Shown here piece by piece: positions 1-13,870 of a stretch of DNA of 64,000 bases. How positions within the stretch are numbered: position 1 is the stretch's first letter; each line of letters opens with the position of its first letter. Position numbers and translations under genes: made by a program. Under the pieces are notes generated by a model. That model made no database searches. It was given only the letters and a program-made list of their open reading frames with translations, and was not told where the DNA came from. The stretch is from Eledone cirrhosa. Its lineage: Eukaryota. The stretch is taken from NCBI GenBank assembly GCA_964016885.1, contig OZ024746.1, forward strand, positions 41,664,001-41,728,000, written 5' to 3'.

Positions 1-681
1 CCAAACATCTTATTGTCTAAATCAGCTAACACATTTATTTGGACAATAAGTGATGTGGGTTCTATTCCCATGCATATTGATACCCATTTGGTTTTCACTA
101 TGGGGCAACTGTGATTGTTCTGGGAGTCCTGAGTAATGAGGAAGTTGACATGCCTCCTTACCTCTTTCCTCGGAGCTTAAGGGTCAATGATGCTGACTAT
201 AAAGGGCTTGAAGCCTTCAATAGAGAGTATAAGCAAAGGAAGACTGTACACCTACCAATAAGATTCTACTCCATCTCATAAGGCCAAGATAATCCAAGAA
301 TGGACGAGTTACTATCTCCCCAATCAGATTACACCAAACATATAGCCTCTTAGGTCTTTAGGCCTGGCTCTGTTGAACATATGAGGCATAGTTGAGAGGG
401 AAGTCAAACAATACCTCCAAAACACTATAAAATCTCTTTAACCCACCAAAACTAGCACAATGTCTAAAATAGATAAAGATCATTTGATTCTGGCAGGTCA
501 ACGTTTCAGACCTCATATTGAATCAGTCATCAATGTTACTGTGGAGTCATTGAGTAGATGTATCAAGAAGAATCTCAAGATTATTTATGTCAATTCTTTT
601 TCAAATAAAGCTCTTCATTCTTGACTTATGCATCTTTTACTAAATTCATGCAAATTTACTCAAAGAACTGAGCAACCCTAT
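1..681 (+). mobile_element. Decayed Tc1/mariner-superfamily transposon, 3' part (transposase C-terminus plus right TIR)
   Basis: Frameshifted translation gives ATVIVLGVLSNEEVDMPPYLFPRSLRVN and YQ*DSTPSHKAKIIQEW, matching the VMVLGVVS..G.VMPP.FF..GLRVN and FQQDSAPSHKA motifs of maT/DD37D-like transposases. It ends in a TIR-like ...GAGCAACCCTA abutting (TA)n. Confidence 0.75.
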
Positions 682-885
682 ATATATATATGTGTGTGTG
701 TAGAGAGAGAGAAAGAGAGAGGGAGAGGGGGATGAAGGAAGTAGAAAGGAAGAAAGATACAAAGAGAGAGAGAGAGAGAGGGAGAGAGAAAGAAAGAGGG
801 GGAGAGAAAAGAGAGAGGAAATATTTTACGTTGTATGAAATCAGAAGTTTTAAAATATTTTTTTTACTGTATTGATTCATTTCAG

Positions 886-988
886 GTTTTACAAGAGTAC
901 AAATGGAAATCGTTTGTACAGCTCTTATGCCAAGTTAATCTTTATCAAAATATTTATTTATATTCATTTATTTTTCTTCAATCAGTAA
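886..988 (+). CDS. Candidate terminal host exon encoding a hydrophobic, GPI-signal-like C-terminus
   Basis: Acceptor-like ttcatttcAG at 884-885. The frame from 887 reads FYKSTNGNRLYSSYAKLIFIKIFIYIHLFFFNQ*, followed by T-rich UTR-like sequence. No homology recognised. Confidence 0.25.
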
Positions 989-1559
989 TTGATACTGGTC
1001 TGACCACAATTGCTCAGTAGCACTGGAATTCAGGAAGAGATCACAGTTCTGTCATGACAGATTAAATACATTCTGTAATTGAAGAAAATTTCTGAGTTGA
1101 TATTTTTTGTTTTTGTTTCTTTCTTCGTTTTTCTCTTAATTCTTTTATTTTTAATATTATTTTTATTTTTTATTTTTATTTTATTTATTTTTTATTCTTT
1201 TTTTTCATTTCTGTTGTAATGCTATATCATTGGTTTTTAGAGACGAAGATTTTCAACAAACAATCATTTCCTGGAATTTCTGAGTGTGTGTAAAAATATT
1301 TATATAATATGTGAAAACTATTAATAATTGTGTAGTTCAGGTACATATAATTTAAGCAATGACATGGTCTATGACAACTCTGTCCAACCCTTGCTAACAG
1401 AGGAAATGGGTGTTAAATGAGGTTGTTGATGATTTGAATATATCAACATATACAGAACTATGTGTGTGAGTCCTGGTGCCCACTGAGAGGCTAGTTTTGA
1501 AATGACTCCTTAAATATATGGTGGTGGTCATAACCCTGGAACCTGATGATATATATATC

Positions 1560-2435
1560 ATCACCATCATCTTCATGATGCATTTGTCTCATGCTTGCAA
1601 GGTACAGATCTCTTGTACAATACCTTGCCATTTGTTGTGGTCTTTTGTCATGTCTTTCATCAGTTAGAGCCTCATGGGATCATCTTTAATTCTTTGTTTC
1701 CCATATCTTCCTTAGTTTTCCTCTGTGGGTTCCTTCTACTTGGATTACTTGACACTTCCTCCTTATCATTCCTCCATACACATAATCATCATTCCTCCAT
1801 ACACATAAATATCATTCCTCCATACACATTACATGTCACTCCAGTTCAATCTTCTCATTGATTACTCTTATACCCAAATTTTCTTTCAGCTCATCCGTGC
1901 TTCATCATGCATGCCAACATCATATATTCAACAGACTGTGTTAACTTCATTTCTTTCCAGCCTTCACACAACTCCCCCATTTAATGCCTGTTTTTTCACT
2001 ATCATGCAATATTGCACTTTATACACAGGCATCATGTAATCTGTTCATCATTCAAAGAGAGAATCCTTTTGTTGCCAGTAGATGTAACTCCTTTGACTCG
2101 TTCTTACACTTGCTACTGTGCATTCAGAACACTCCCTCTACTGTTAATTAGATCACCTAGGTAGCAGGTTATCAAATTCTAGGGAGTTCTATAAGAATTT
2201 GAAAGAATTTATTTCATAAATGCTCTTACTGTTAACTACTTATTAGCATCTGTTACACATAAAGTCTTTCTTTGACATTCTGCTTTTGATCTTACTGCAT
2301 CTCTTGTGCATTTAAATTTTAAATATGGAATTACTTCTATCTATGAAGTATGACCAATGGAAGAAAATCTTGTCATCTTTCCTGCTAACTGAAACTTTTG
2401 TCTTTGCCAAGTTTACTTTCAGGTATCTTGATTGT
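1560..2435 (-). mobile_element. Old RTE-clade LINE 3' fragment
   Basis: Minus-strand remnants LKVNLAKTKV (about 2390-2425) and YLGDLINSRG (about 2135-2165) match the RTE copies at 36.3-37.4 kb and 50.7-52.4 kb. (ATC)n-like tail near 1560. Confidence 0.65.
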
Positions 2436-2749
2436 ACAATCCTTTGTTAACTAAATTGTGGCACTCAACATTTGAATAGCATTTGTTGTGTAGATAACCA
2501 ACACTAGGGAGGTTGTCATACCATGACACAACTGAAGGGACCTTACAACTCTTTTTTAGGCATGGCCTCTACAGTGGGGAGCTCTTCCTGTTGTCAACCA
2601 CCTTACAGGATGTATTGGGTGAATTCTCGTGGCACCAAATGCTAGAGAGGTTGTTGTCCCTTGTCCCAATGCTACCTCTTTCTTTTCATGAAATTTATTC
2701 CTGCTGCAGTATGTTCCATAAAAATAACAACAAAAATGGCACTTCATCA

Positions 2750-3030
2750 GTTATGACGATGAATGTTCCAGTTAATATGATCAACAGAACAGCCTGCTCA
2801 TAAAATTAATGTGCAAGTGGCTGAGCATTCCAGAAATGTGTACCCTTAATGTAGTTCTCAGGGAAAATGTGACAACGCAGGCCCTTCAACTTACAGGAAC
2901 AGCTCCCTTTTGCCAGCTGATTGGACTGGAGCAATGTGAAATAAAGTGTCTTGATCAAGTACACAGTGTGCCACCAGGAATCGAACAGACAACTTTATGA
3001 TCATGAGTTGAATACCCTAACCAGTGAAAT
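2750..3030 (-). mobile_element. CORE-like tRNA-derived SINE variant, degenerate
   Basis: Contains ctggagcaatgtgaaataaagtgtcttg..caag, the reverse complement of the core block at 5575-5610, plus a B-box-like ggaatcgaac. Confidence 0.6.
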
Positions 3031-3979
3031 ATGCACCTTTTGCACTCATCTCTCTGGGGCTCTGCTCATCCCATTTTGCCCATACTGCAGATCATTCATG
3101 AAAAAATTAGTTTTTAGTTTTTCGTGTATTAAAAGTTTCTGTTCAGTGGATTGTATTTTTTTAATGTTTAGTATTCTTTGATATACAACACCATTCTGAT
3201 ATATATAGACTTAAGGGTGTTAGTCATGCTCAGAATCACAATAGCTTTCCTGTCTTTTCAGAATTACATAATAAATTTCCATCTCTTTAAGATAAATGAA
3301 ATCTAACAGAAAAATCATGCTTTCTGACAAATATTTCCATCTCTCCTTGCTCTACAATTTTAAATATAGATACTTTATTGGTGATATTGTTATAACTATT
3401 CATAGTAAACACCTTCTCATGGTACAGATTTGTCAATCATGATGCTGAACATAACAGCATTTAAAAAAAACCCTGAGATATAGTGATAGAATTTTCTATG
3501 CTTTAAAATATTGGAATTACTTTCCTGTTAATATATCCTGAAGTTTAGATAAACCTATAACAAATATTAAATAGCAATCCAGTATTGCCTGGGAAATAAT
3601 GCACTGGATTGCTGGCTATTTTGTTGAATGAAATCATGGTAATTTTGCAGGAATCTATTATATATATAAAAATGTCTATATTATTTGTAACATTGATACA
3701 CTTTTTACAAAAGTACATTGCTCAAGAAATAAACCACTCAGTGTTGTGTAGGTGTGTGTGTTTGTGTGTGAGAAAGTGTTTGTGTGTAGATGCATGTTTA
3801 TGTAGATGTATGTGTATATAGGCATGTGTGCGTATGCATACATATTTATGTATGGCATGCAAGTGGAAATTTTGGTGTATTATATTCACACAAGCATACA
3901 TAATTATATACATATACACCCCCACCCATGTCCTAATACTCCACCCCTCACACACTCCCATATAGTTACCTGCTCCACC

Positions 3980-4185
3980 AAAATCCCCAGTCCACACTGT
4001 AAAGTGGTCATTTTGGTGCCACAACAAAAGCACTCTGCCCACACTAAAGTGGTCATGTTGTTATCATGACAACAAGCACCCAGCTCACACTGTAAAGTAG
4101 TTATGTAAGTGTAACAACAAAAAGCACCCAGTCTACACTGTAAAGTGGTCATGTAGGTGTCACAACAAAAAGCAACCAGCACACA
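3980..4185 (+). repeat. About 4 copies of the roughly 50-bp RTE 3'-UTR minisatellite
   Basis: Repeated cacactgtaaagtggtcat...acaacaaaagcacccag, the reverse complement of the repeated unit in the RTE 3' UTRs at 36500-36600 and 50890-50990. Confidence 0.7.
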
Positions 4186-4189
4186 CTCT

Positions 4190-4500
4190 TCTATGGATTC
4201 AGCTATGAGGACTAGGTCATCAGCATATAGGAGTTTTCATGGAGTGCCAGTTTTAAACTCCTCAGTGATGGCCTGAAGGACAATGATAAAGAGAAGTGAA
4301 CGGAGGACTGAGCCCTGGTGAACTGCCACCTGCACATCAATTTCATCACTGTACTCATTGGCAACTCTCACTTTATTGGTTGCTCCATTATACAGCCCTC
4401 AAAAGCTATTTGTCTACACATAGTTTCCTAAGTACCCATCTGATGATAGAGTGTGGGACCATGTCAAAGACCTTCTTCAGATTTACAAATGCTAGATACA
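4190..4500 (-). mobile_element. RTE LINE reverse-transcriptase fragment
   Basis: Minus strand reads VHQGSVLRSLLFIIVLQAITEEFKTGTP*KLLYADDLV, which includes the RT YADD motif. Confidence 0.85.
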
Positions 4501-5524
4501 GAGGCTTAATCTTACTCTGTGTGTACACACACACATTTGGAACAATGGTAAATGATACAATCATAGAATGTGAAAAATTTTCAATTGCTTTTTTAATAAT
4601 TTAACTACTGTGGACCAAATTTTAATGAACAACAGTATTTCTTAACCCCCAGCCCTGCCATCTCATTAGTGTGTGTGTGTGCATATGTGCATGTGTGTGT
4701 GTTGGGGTGTGTGTTTTTATCTGTGTGCGTGAAACATCTTTCACATTGGGTATCTTATAAATGTGTCTACAAAGTATATGTATCTTTGTCTGCTTCCATA
4801 ATTATTTGTCTATGTGAATGCATTTGTTGAGACCAAATGTGATTGTGTGTGTGTCTACGTGTGTGTATGTGTGTGTGTGCACGTGTGTGTCACTTTCATA
4901 TTGTGTATGTGTCTTGTAAATATGTCTATGTAATGTTTGGGTGTATGTAAGTGGGCATCTATATTTGTAAGTACATCATTTTTGTGGTAATGGCTGCAAA
5001 TAACTTTTCTCTATTGATTTATAAATAAAACAAGATCCTTTTTTTTCTGAAGGTTTTACTCCACACAACCTACTGGGCAATATTTGAGGCAAAAGAGCAT
5101 GCATTTAAGTGAAATTAGATTTTAACATTCTGATGGTACAGTGGCATTTATTTCTAGCTTTATTTAAGGTACAAACAAACAGACATACACATGATAATTT
5201 TAGTAATATAGAGAGTAATGTTGCTTTAACTGTCTTCATCTCTCTATATATAGGTCCAAACTGTAAGGGAGTCCTACTGGTGCCATGATGTCATGATGAT
5301 AAGCACTTTATCCACCCTATAACCTGCTCATGTTGCTTCCATGACAAATGCATCTAATCCATCCTGTAAGGTGGTTGACACAGAAAACCCAAAATGTAAC
5401 ATATAAGCATGTTGTGATCACTTAACCTGTCAGGCCTTATAATGTGACAGCCTGGCTAACCTGGGTGAACCTACAGTAACTTTGCGTTACACTCTCTGGA
5501 TATATACATATATATATATATATA

Positions 5525-5836
5525 TTGCAACCGAAAGGTTGTGAGTTCAATTCTCAGACCGGGTGATGTGTTGTTTCCTTGAGCAAGACACTTTATTTCA
5601 CATTGCTCCAGCTTACTCAGCTGTAGAAATGAGATGATAGGGACTGGGGTCCATATCATTCCACTGGAAAGCGGTCATGGAGGTGCCACAGCAAAAGAGC
5701 ACCCAGCACTCACTGTAAATGAGGTTGGTGTTAGGAAGGGCATCCAGCTGTAGAAATCAAGCCAGAATCAGTTCCCGTCTCACCCTTGCAAGCAAGGAAA
5801 AAGCGGACATAAAATGAAATGATGAATGATGATGAT
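5525..5836 (+). mobile_element. CORE-like tRNA SINE with RTE-derived tail, 5'-truncated
   Basis: B box GAGTTCAATTC, core ccttgagcaagacactttatttcac, tail ggtgttaggaagggcatccagctgtagaaa, (GAT)n end. Same family as 52531-52860. Confidence 0.85.
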
Positions 5837-6127
5837 ATATGAATGTATATTAATTATTATGTAAATGAGAACCAACATTTGTACAAGTGGTTCAAACAAT
5901 TTTGAAAAACACTAATGCATTGAAAAACTTCTGCAAATAGAAAGTCACTGTGACATGCCAAAATGTCAAATTAATATACACTTTATATAATCATGTATTG
6001 AGTCTTTTCTTTGAGTTACAGTCTCCTTGAAAATATATTTTTTATGGAATATATATAAATGATGTATACATTTTATTTATATAACCCAAGTAGGTACAGA
6101 TAAACGAATGTTAAATGATGATGATGA

Positions 6128-6167
<40 letters not shown>

Positions 6168-6174
6168 GATCATC

Positions 6175-6233
<59 letters not shown>

Positions 6234-6974
6234 TTGCATATTTGTTCTTGGTAAATTACAAGATAGATTTATATTTTTCTAAATGGAAAACTTAAAATTT
6301 TGGATGATATAAGGATCATACCATTGAAAAACATCAACGGCTTTGGTATGGTACAATAGCACTGCTTGCTAGATAAAATTATATTGTTTGATAAAATTTT
6401 GAGTGGGTAAAAAATGGATTAGTTTTTGAATGCTTTCACGATGACATTAGGTAAAGTAGAGTGGGATTAAGAAAAGATGAAATTAGAACAGAATGATTTT
6501 CTTCTAGAATAGAGATCAGTTTGCATTGATGTAAAGAATATAGAACAGATTCTCAATAATAATCTCTGACTCCCATGCTAAGTAGTTCAAGATAAGATTT
6601 GAAAACAACTTTATCAAGAAATACAACAGAAAGCTCTACTAGATATGCTTCATTTCCTACATTTCAAATAACAAATTTACTTTCACATTACAGCTGCATG
6701 TTATTATTACATGATGTATTTAATGATGTATCAATACTCAATTTCTTGTATTGTTATACAGTGTAACATTCACGATAGAGACAAAGCTATTTTATTGAAA
6801 TTCAAATTGAAAGGATTTCTTTTGAAGAGAATTTGTTAAAAGAAAAATTAATAATATAAAAAATATGAATGTTCTTTTAAATACAATTCTATATGGGTAG
6901 TATAGAATACAACCTTGTTGGTAGTGTGACAATTTTATATATGAATACAAATTTGTTAGTAGTGTGATTTTGCC

Positions 6975-7255
6975 ACAAAATGTTGAACACCACAAAAGTT
7001 CAATCCCGTCGCTTGGCTCTTGCTGTTTATGTTTCCTGCCATGATGAACATGATGAACATGATGAACTACTTCTCTGGTCACCAGATGCAAAGCACTGAG
7101 TAGGACATCCAAACATAACCATCAGGACTCTGTTGGCAAGGGACACTGGCCTCACTGGACAGAATCTTCTTGCTGTGATGAGAGATCAGGAAGTTTGGAA
7201 CAAGAGTTTTGTGTATGCCTCACTTTCGATGGAGGGATGACTCAAGAAGAAGAGA
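6975..7255 (+). mobile_element. LINE (RTE-like) extreme 3' fragment
   Basis: Reads LLLWSPDAKH*VGHPNITIRTLLARDTGLTGQNLLAVMRDQEVW, typical of a non-LTR ORF C-terminus, followed by a (GAA)/(GA) tail. Confidence 0.55.
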
Positions 7256-7443
7256 GAGAGAGAATACAACAAAATTTACTTGTCCTGAACTATAAATTGT
7301 TTTGTACATCATTGCTATAACTTGGGTTCTATTTGTTACAAATTGTAGAAGCATTAACTAGTAATTTATTCATCTTAGACTTTTGATTAATTTTTAAAAC
7401 TCTTTATTTAAAGCTTTTCATTATTACTTTTGGATCAAGATTG

Positions 7444-7626
7444 GCGGAAAATATGCTTGGCAGCATATAGCTACATTCCTTTACATTCTGAGTTCAAATC
7501 CCACAAAGATTAGCTTTGCTTTTCATCCTTACATGGTCGATAAAATAAAGCACTAGTAATGCAATGTGGTCAATTTAATTGACTTCCCTCATCCTGAATT
7601 GTTGGCCTTGTGCTTAAATCGGAAAC
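7444..7626 (+). mobile_element. Meta-domain-like tRNA SINE, 5'-truncated, with about 24-bp TSD
   Basis: Family core gagttcaaatccc...tttcatccttac..ggtcgataaaataaag. Flanked by the direct repeat cattattacttttggatca(a)gattg at 7419-7443 and 7627-7650. Confidence 0.85.
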
Positions 7627-9679
7627 CATTATTACTTTTGGATCAGATTGATATTTAACTTCTGTATAGTACTCCCTGGCAGCCATTGTTTCATATCTGG
7701 TCTTTGTTTTCCTCAGTTCACAATACTCTGAAATATTCAGGAGATATTTTTGCTTTTTGTCTCTCAGATATTACACAAAGCAGACACACTGCTATTCCCG
7801 TCATGCAGAAGAAAGAACAATAAAAAAACAACAAAATAAATACAATAAATAAGCACCAAATGGTAGTTTTTTTAAAATTAAATCTACTGAGATTATCAGG
7901 CATATTTTTGTGGACAGATTTGATTGATTTTTCTATTATTGGTGATCTTTTTTGCAATATCCATTGTTAGATATATTTTCCAGTTTTTGGTAAGCTTTTA
8001 TCTTCGTGTATTCTTGAAGAAACATCAATTGTATTGTTACTTTTCTTATCACCATCATGTATGCATTGAAACTTTTATTCTGCATAAAGTCACGCTGTTT
8101 GATAAGCTGCATTCTTCCAGATTGCAAAAGTAGCTTTTGAGTTTTATATATTTTTCTACTGATTTTTCTCTTCTTTGCATATTTATTCTTCTCCTCTTTT
8201 CATCCCCATTGATAAAAAACGAATCGTTCTCTTTGAAACTTAAATTTCCATCAAAGTCAATCTTTTCTTCCTTTTTACAATAAATTCTAGTCATTTTTGA
8301 CTTGGCCAATTTCTGAAAATGCTTTCAAAGTATGTGAATAAATCAATTTTTTTACGTTATAATCATGAAAATTATTTTCATTTCTTTTTTGTTTTAAAGG
8401 AAAAAAAAGAAGGAAAAATCCAAAAGGGACATGTTTTTTTTTATTGAAACTATAATCAAGTTAATAAAGGACTTGATTTCAGACTATACTTTCAGACCTT
8501 TGACTTTTAGTCAATATCTATTATAGAAGGATTAAATTTCAAGTTGTCATTGATCCATTCTGTGCAAGTTAAAACTTTCAGCATTAATTTCTATAGTTTC
8601 TATAATTTACTGCAGTTAAAAATAACTCTTTTTATCAACTAAAGACCAAGATAACTGATCTATTTAATAGTCTTTCTATTTCTTTTAATAGCAGTATAAT
8701 TACATCTTCATTTGCATTCTAAAATGATGGCTACAGTTTGTTATTCAGCAGTGTACATTGTTTATGTCTGGCGCCTTCCATGTTCCCTACTGAAATGCCA
8801 GATTTGTTTTAACTTGAAACCTTATCTGTATCTTTTATTTTCTCATTCTTCAGTGGCTGCTAACTCTTTTTTTCTCTTTTTATGTTTATATAACATTTTA
8901 TTTCAGGACATAGAAATAGAAAACATTACATGGAAAGGTTTAAATGTGGCCTGAGATTCTTGAAATCTAAGAAACAATATTTCTCACTGACATCCAACTT
9001 TTCCAGTAGCTGACCTCTCTCTTATTGGTCATGACGTTAAACAGATATAGCATTGCTTGAAAGAAACCATAGCAACTGGCATAGAATCAGGGAAACTGTA
9101 TGAAACATACAAAAGCAATAAGAGTTAAGGAAAGTAAAGGAATAATGCAGTATATTACTTTGACCAGTATCAGTAATATAACAAGCATAATGAAAAACAT
9201 TTCCTACTGGGTTATGAAATGAGAAGAATTAGTAATTTTATATAAAAATTATATGTAAACTGCTTTATAAAAATTGTGCAACAAGATTGTTCTTTATGCC
9301 TCACAATATCCATATATCTATGGATGTAAATACTATGATGCATCATGACAGCTGTATTCTGGAATCGTTGGATATTTCAGGCTTTACAATATCCACCTTC
9401 ATCTAGGTGACTCAACTGAAGTTGATCAAATGACAGGTTGTATTTATTCAACTGACTCCACTACTGGTCATCTTGTTTTAGCTACAACCATTTAGATTCT
9501 CTCTCTGCTTACTATTATTTCTTTGTTGTTCTTGATAACTCTCCTCCTCCTCAATTTGTAATGCTGGTGTCCCAAATGCTATATTAAGGAAACCATCTGT
9601 TGACTTTTAATTTCCCACTTCCATGAATAGGCACCTGTTCCTCCCTTCATTCCAATTTCAGGTACTTTTCTCTCCTCCT

Positions 9680-10000
9680 TTGTCATGACTGTATCATATT
9701 TTCCTTGCGGGTAACAATTAGCTCCCATTAAATAAGATGTCTTGTCACTTAAGAACCCAATGTTATCTGATTTCAACAAGCACTGATGAAATTTTCAGCT
9801 ACCACTTCAGCTCTGGTCACCTAATTACATGCTGTGGAAAGCAAAGGAGCAGAGTAGTTCTTGGGTCTTTTCCTTCCTTAACAAAGGCAATCTTCTTGGC
9901 TGTAGTGTGAGTGCATCCATTTTCACTGATCCCCTTATTGATTACATCAGTAATGATCTTTAAGATCTGATCATATCTCCACTGATAGCACTCCTCACGT
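9680..10000 (-). mobile_element. RLE-type non-LTR retrotransposon fragment (HERO/NeSL/R2-like group)
   Basis: YQWRYDQILKIITDVI resembles the WRH(D/N)QVL motif after the zinc knuckle. It is followed by IAFVKEG and LKSDNI, a degenerate LRPDI of the restriction-like endonuclease. Confidence 0.6.
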
Positions 10001-10244
10001 TGTGCTATGCCCCATAAAAAACAGATTGGATTGGTAGAGGAAAACATCAGAGACCACCTGAATCAAGAATTTGATTCCCAATTAATTCTAACTCCAGATG
10101 TCCTATATTTGTATTACTACAGCTGTACTTGCTCACCCTTTTTCAACTGAAGCTTGCACTCCTCACAGATTTGTTAAAATATGTTTTCTATGGCTAGATG
10201 TCCTACTTATCACCGACCACTTGGTGATAGCTAGGACATCTAAT

Positions 10245-10600
10245 AATAATAATTGTTTCTACTTTTGGCACATCCGTAAGGATGAAAGGCAAAGGTAACC
10301 TCGGCAGGATTTGAACTCAGATCAAAAAGGACCATAACTCTTTGCTGCAAAGCATGGCATCCGACCCTACCACATCTAATAATAATAATAATGGTTTCTG
10401 ATTTAGGCACAAGGCCAACAATTTTTTGGGAAAGGTAAAGTTGATTAATTCAACCCCAGTGCATTACTGGTACTTTATTTTATTGACTGCGTAAGGATGA
10501 AAGGCAAAGTTAACCTTGGCAGGATTTGAACTCAGAATGTAAAGGACCATAACTCTATGCCACAAAGCATATCTGATACTCTACCGATACTGCCAACCCA
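10245..10600 (-). mobile_element. Two tandem Meta-domain-like SINEs, the first internally deleted
   Basis: aaggatgaaaggcaaag.taacct.ggcaggatttgaactcaga occurs twice, each copy with an (AAT)n tail on its left. Confidence 0.85.
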
Positions 10601-10778
10601 AATAATAATAATAATGAGTAGGAATCAAGTATCAAATAACATCATTAAGCTTATTTATATAAGTCATGCGTTTCGCAAATGATCATCTTAAAGCAATCAG
10701 TATAGATCATGCATGACCCTAGAATTGATAGTCCAGCAGACTTATGAAGATATATATATATATTGGGAATTTTACCTG

Positions 10779-10828
<50 letters not shown>

Positions 10829-12255
10829 ATACTTGGGGAGGGTCATATTGTAATAATATTGCCAGAAATAATAACAATATTTGTTTCGACACACGATTTC
10901 ATATCAAAAACCTCGCAAAACAAATTCATCACCGTCATATATATATATAGATATATATATGTATATGTATTCAGGAATTTTATATCAAATAATAATATTT
11001 GATTCATTTTCAAGCAAATAGCCTCATTACACTATGTGTTTTAGACGATCTCACCATCCTTTTGTTCTAGTAGTGACAGAGAGAAACAATCGACAATAAT
11101 ATTGTTTCTGGGTTGTTGTCTTTCGTCAAGATTATGTATCTCTTGTCACTCACTAGAACTCATGGGAATATATAGTATTCTCTAAAATATATATTGGCTG
11201 ATTAGCCTAATTTGCATACCGAGTGATTTTACGGCTGAATTTGCCAAAAATTAAAAACAAACTTAGTTTCACTCTAACATAGTGGATAAATAAATGCATT
11301 CATGAGTTTTATGTTGAATAATGATAATATTTGATTTGTTTGATTCGTTTCCTGAGGTGCACACATCCACAAAAAGAAATAGGACCAATGTTTATCTATA
11401 CCCAACATCACATCAATCATGAAAAACATTATCTTTTTTGTTGAATCACCAGTTTAAAGAGCAGATCAATACTAGAGTTGAGTCTATAACTTCTATGGAG
11501 GACCTTGAGCCAATCCTCTATGAAACGCACATAACATATATATTTATAAATATTAATATTTATATATATATATATAAGACTTTATTTATTTCGGATATAT
11601 ATATATATAAGACTACATTTTTCAGGCAAGCAAAAGAAAGTATGAGTCTATGCAGTTAAAGGCAATGTGAAGTTTTGATTTAGATTGTGAGGATGATAGA
11701 AGGGGAGATTTCTTTTCAGTTACATATATATATAAGCCATAAACATTTTTTTGAATAAAATGACAATCAAAATTCTTTTATGCTCTCGATGCATATAGCA
11801 TGGTATAAATTCTGCTATTTGGTTTTAAAAGCAGTTTTCTGTTGAATAAGGTTTCTTGGTCATTTTTGTAGTTTATATTATTTTAAAAACATCGCAGATA
11901 TTTTCATCTAGAAATCAATTGATAACATCCATACTAAGTTGTTTATCTCATTTTCTTTTGCAATTTTTTTAGTTTCAATTTCAAATGCTGTAGGTTGTTG
12001 ATGTATTTCTGTAATAAAGTTCAATCAAAACCCCTATAAGCTATAATGCTTATACTTCTATAAATAATCAAAACATATTTTTAATATATAAATTCAGTTT
12101 TGAAGATTATGCTTTTGCAGAAACATTTAAGGAAAATCTTGAATTATATATATATAATTCCAGAGGTTATATCAAATTAAATATATATATAAACATATAT
12201 ATCCCACCCTTGCAAACAGGGAAAATCGGACGTAAAAAGATGATGATGATGATGA

Positions 12256-12291
<36 letters not shown>

Positions 12292-13439
12292 TTAAGTTGA
12301 CCCAAGTAAAACATACAGATATTAGTAGCTAAATAAAGAGGCCAACCTTTAAAAATGTTGCTAAATCTACCTTACTAAATACCACTATATCTGAAGAATG
12401 TCTTATATGACTACCACATGGATGGTGTTATGAATTTGTTATCCCATAGAATATGGAATAAATACCAATAAATCAAATTCTGTGCATATGTATGCTTAAA
12501 TATATAAATTTTAGAAATGTACATTAATGAAATTTATATTTATATTTTAAAGAAATTATGTATGCAAGTCACTAGAAGCTTATTTTATAGATTTTCCTTT
12601 CCATCATTTGAATATTTCAATAAATGGCTTAAAAACATAAAAGTTTGTCTTGTGTAAACATTTTCCATATTTCCCGTCGTACAATAGCTCTGAAAACTAT
12701 TGCACAAGAGCCACTCTCTAGCAGACAAATCAATATCTTTAGTATTGTCAGTTCTCACATTTAACCACTCCCTATGGCAGAAAGAATTGGTTATTATTTA
12801 TTTGTTACTGCAAGAGAATGTTTTTACTTTTTACATTATGCTTTCATCACTGGTTTTGCATCCCTCTTACTGCCACTAACACATTTCTATTGAATATATT
12901 CACTAAAATCACTCAATAAATTCAACATCATCATTGGAAAAGTACATACATACCCTGGTAGGTTCTATGATAACAAAATAAATAAATAATGGAAAAAGGT
13001 AACAACAACAACAACAACAACAAGAGTAGTAGCAGCAAACAAATGTTAAACAAATGACTTGTCAAAGAAATATTTTGATATTAAAAAAAGGGGGGAATAT
13101 AAAAAAAAAAAAACTCTTACAAAGAATATGTTCGAGAAATATCTTGAAAGAATTATTTTAAACAAGTTTCGATCTATAATCTGAACTGTACTGTTAGAAT
13201 CATCAGTACTATCATTTCTATGTTGACTTTAATATACTGACATTTTTACATTAACATTAAATACTGGTGACTCATTTATCTGTTCATATTTTGAACTCTA
13301 AATTTCAATAAAACTAAAAGCTTAGCTTTTATGGTATAACCTGACATCTTGTTGCTTATTGATCATTGACCGCATTTTCTTGAATTTTGAGATATTGTTT
13401 TATAAAATAGCTAAAAATAATTCAATTCAGTATTTGTGC

Positions 13440-13870
13440 CAACTCTTATCTATGGTCATGAATCTTGGTTAATGCCTGAAAGCATGCAATAGCGAATACA
13501 AGCAGCTGAAATGGGGTTCTTCTAAAGGTCTTTTGAAGTAATTTTACCCAATAGAGTGTGTAGCTCAGAGATGAGAGATTCACTCCAGGTAGAGTCACTA
13601 CTTCTCTGAATTGAAACATCCCATCTCCAATAATACAGGTATGTGTTTAGAATGTCTCAGAAAAGAATTGCTGGACAGATTTTATGGCCAAAACCAACCT
13701 ACAGGAGATTCTAAGGCAGACTCCGAGCAAGGTGGTTGGATAACATCCATGAGCTCTGCTGGTCTTGTTTGGGGACCCAGCTGGATCGATTGGAGATGAT
13801 TGCTTCTGACAGGACCTACTAGGTGTGCTTGAGGACTCGGCCTCCATGACCCTCCCAGGAAAAAGTAGGC
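13440..13870 (+). mobile_element. RTE LINE 3' fragment (Expander/Rex3-like family)
   Basis: PTLIYGHESWLMPESMQ*RIQAAEMGF and SLQVESLLL*IE, then a purine tail. Homologous to 28640-29240, 38270-38577 and 49770-50145. Confidence 0.8.

Noticed and set aside
3980-4500. Twin-priming inversion of one RTE insertion
   Set aside because: The order (sense 3' UTR repeats, then antisense RT) is opposite to twin-priming geometry, and no tail or TSD is visible.
10640-11160. Possible Penelope pLTR or hammerhead (cgaaacgc on the minus strand; gttctag..gtgaca / tgtcac..ctagaac inverted repeat)
   Set aside because: There is no properly spaced CUGANGA, and the inverted repeat is short and imperfect.
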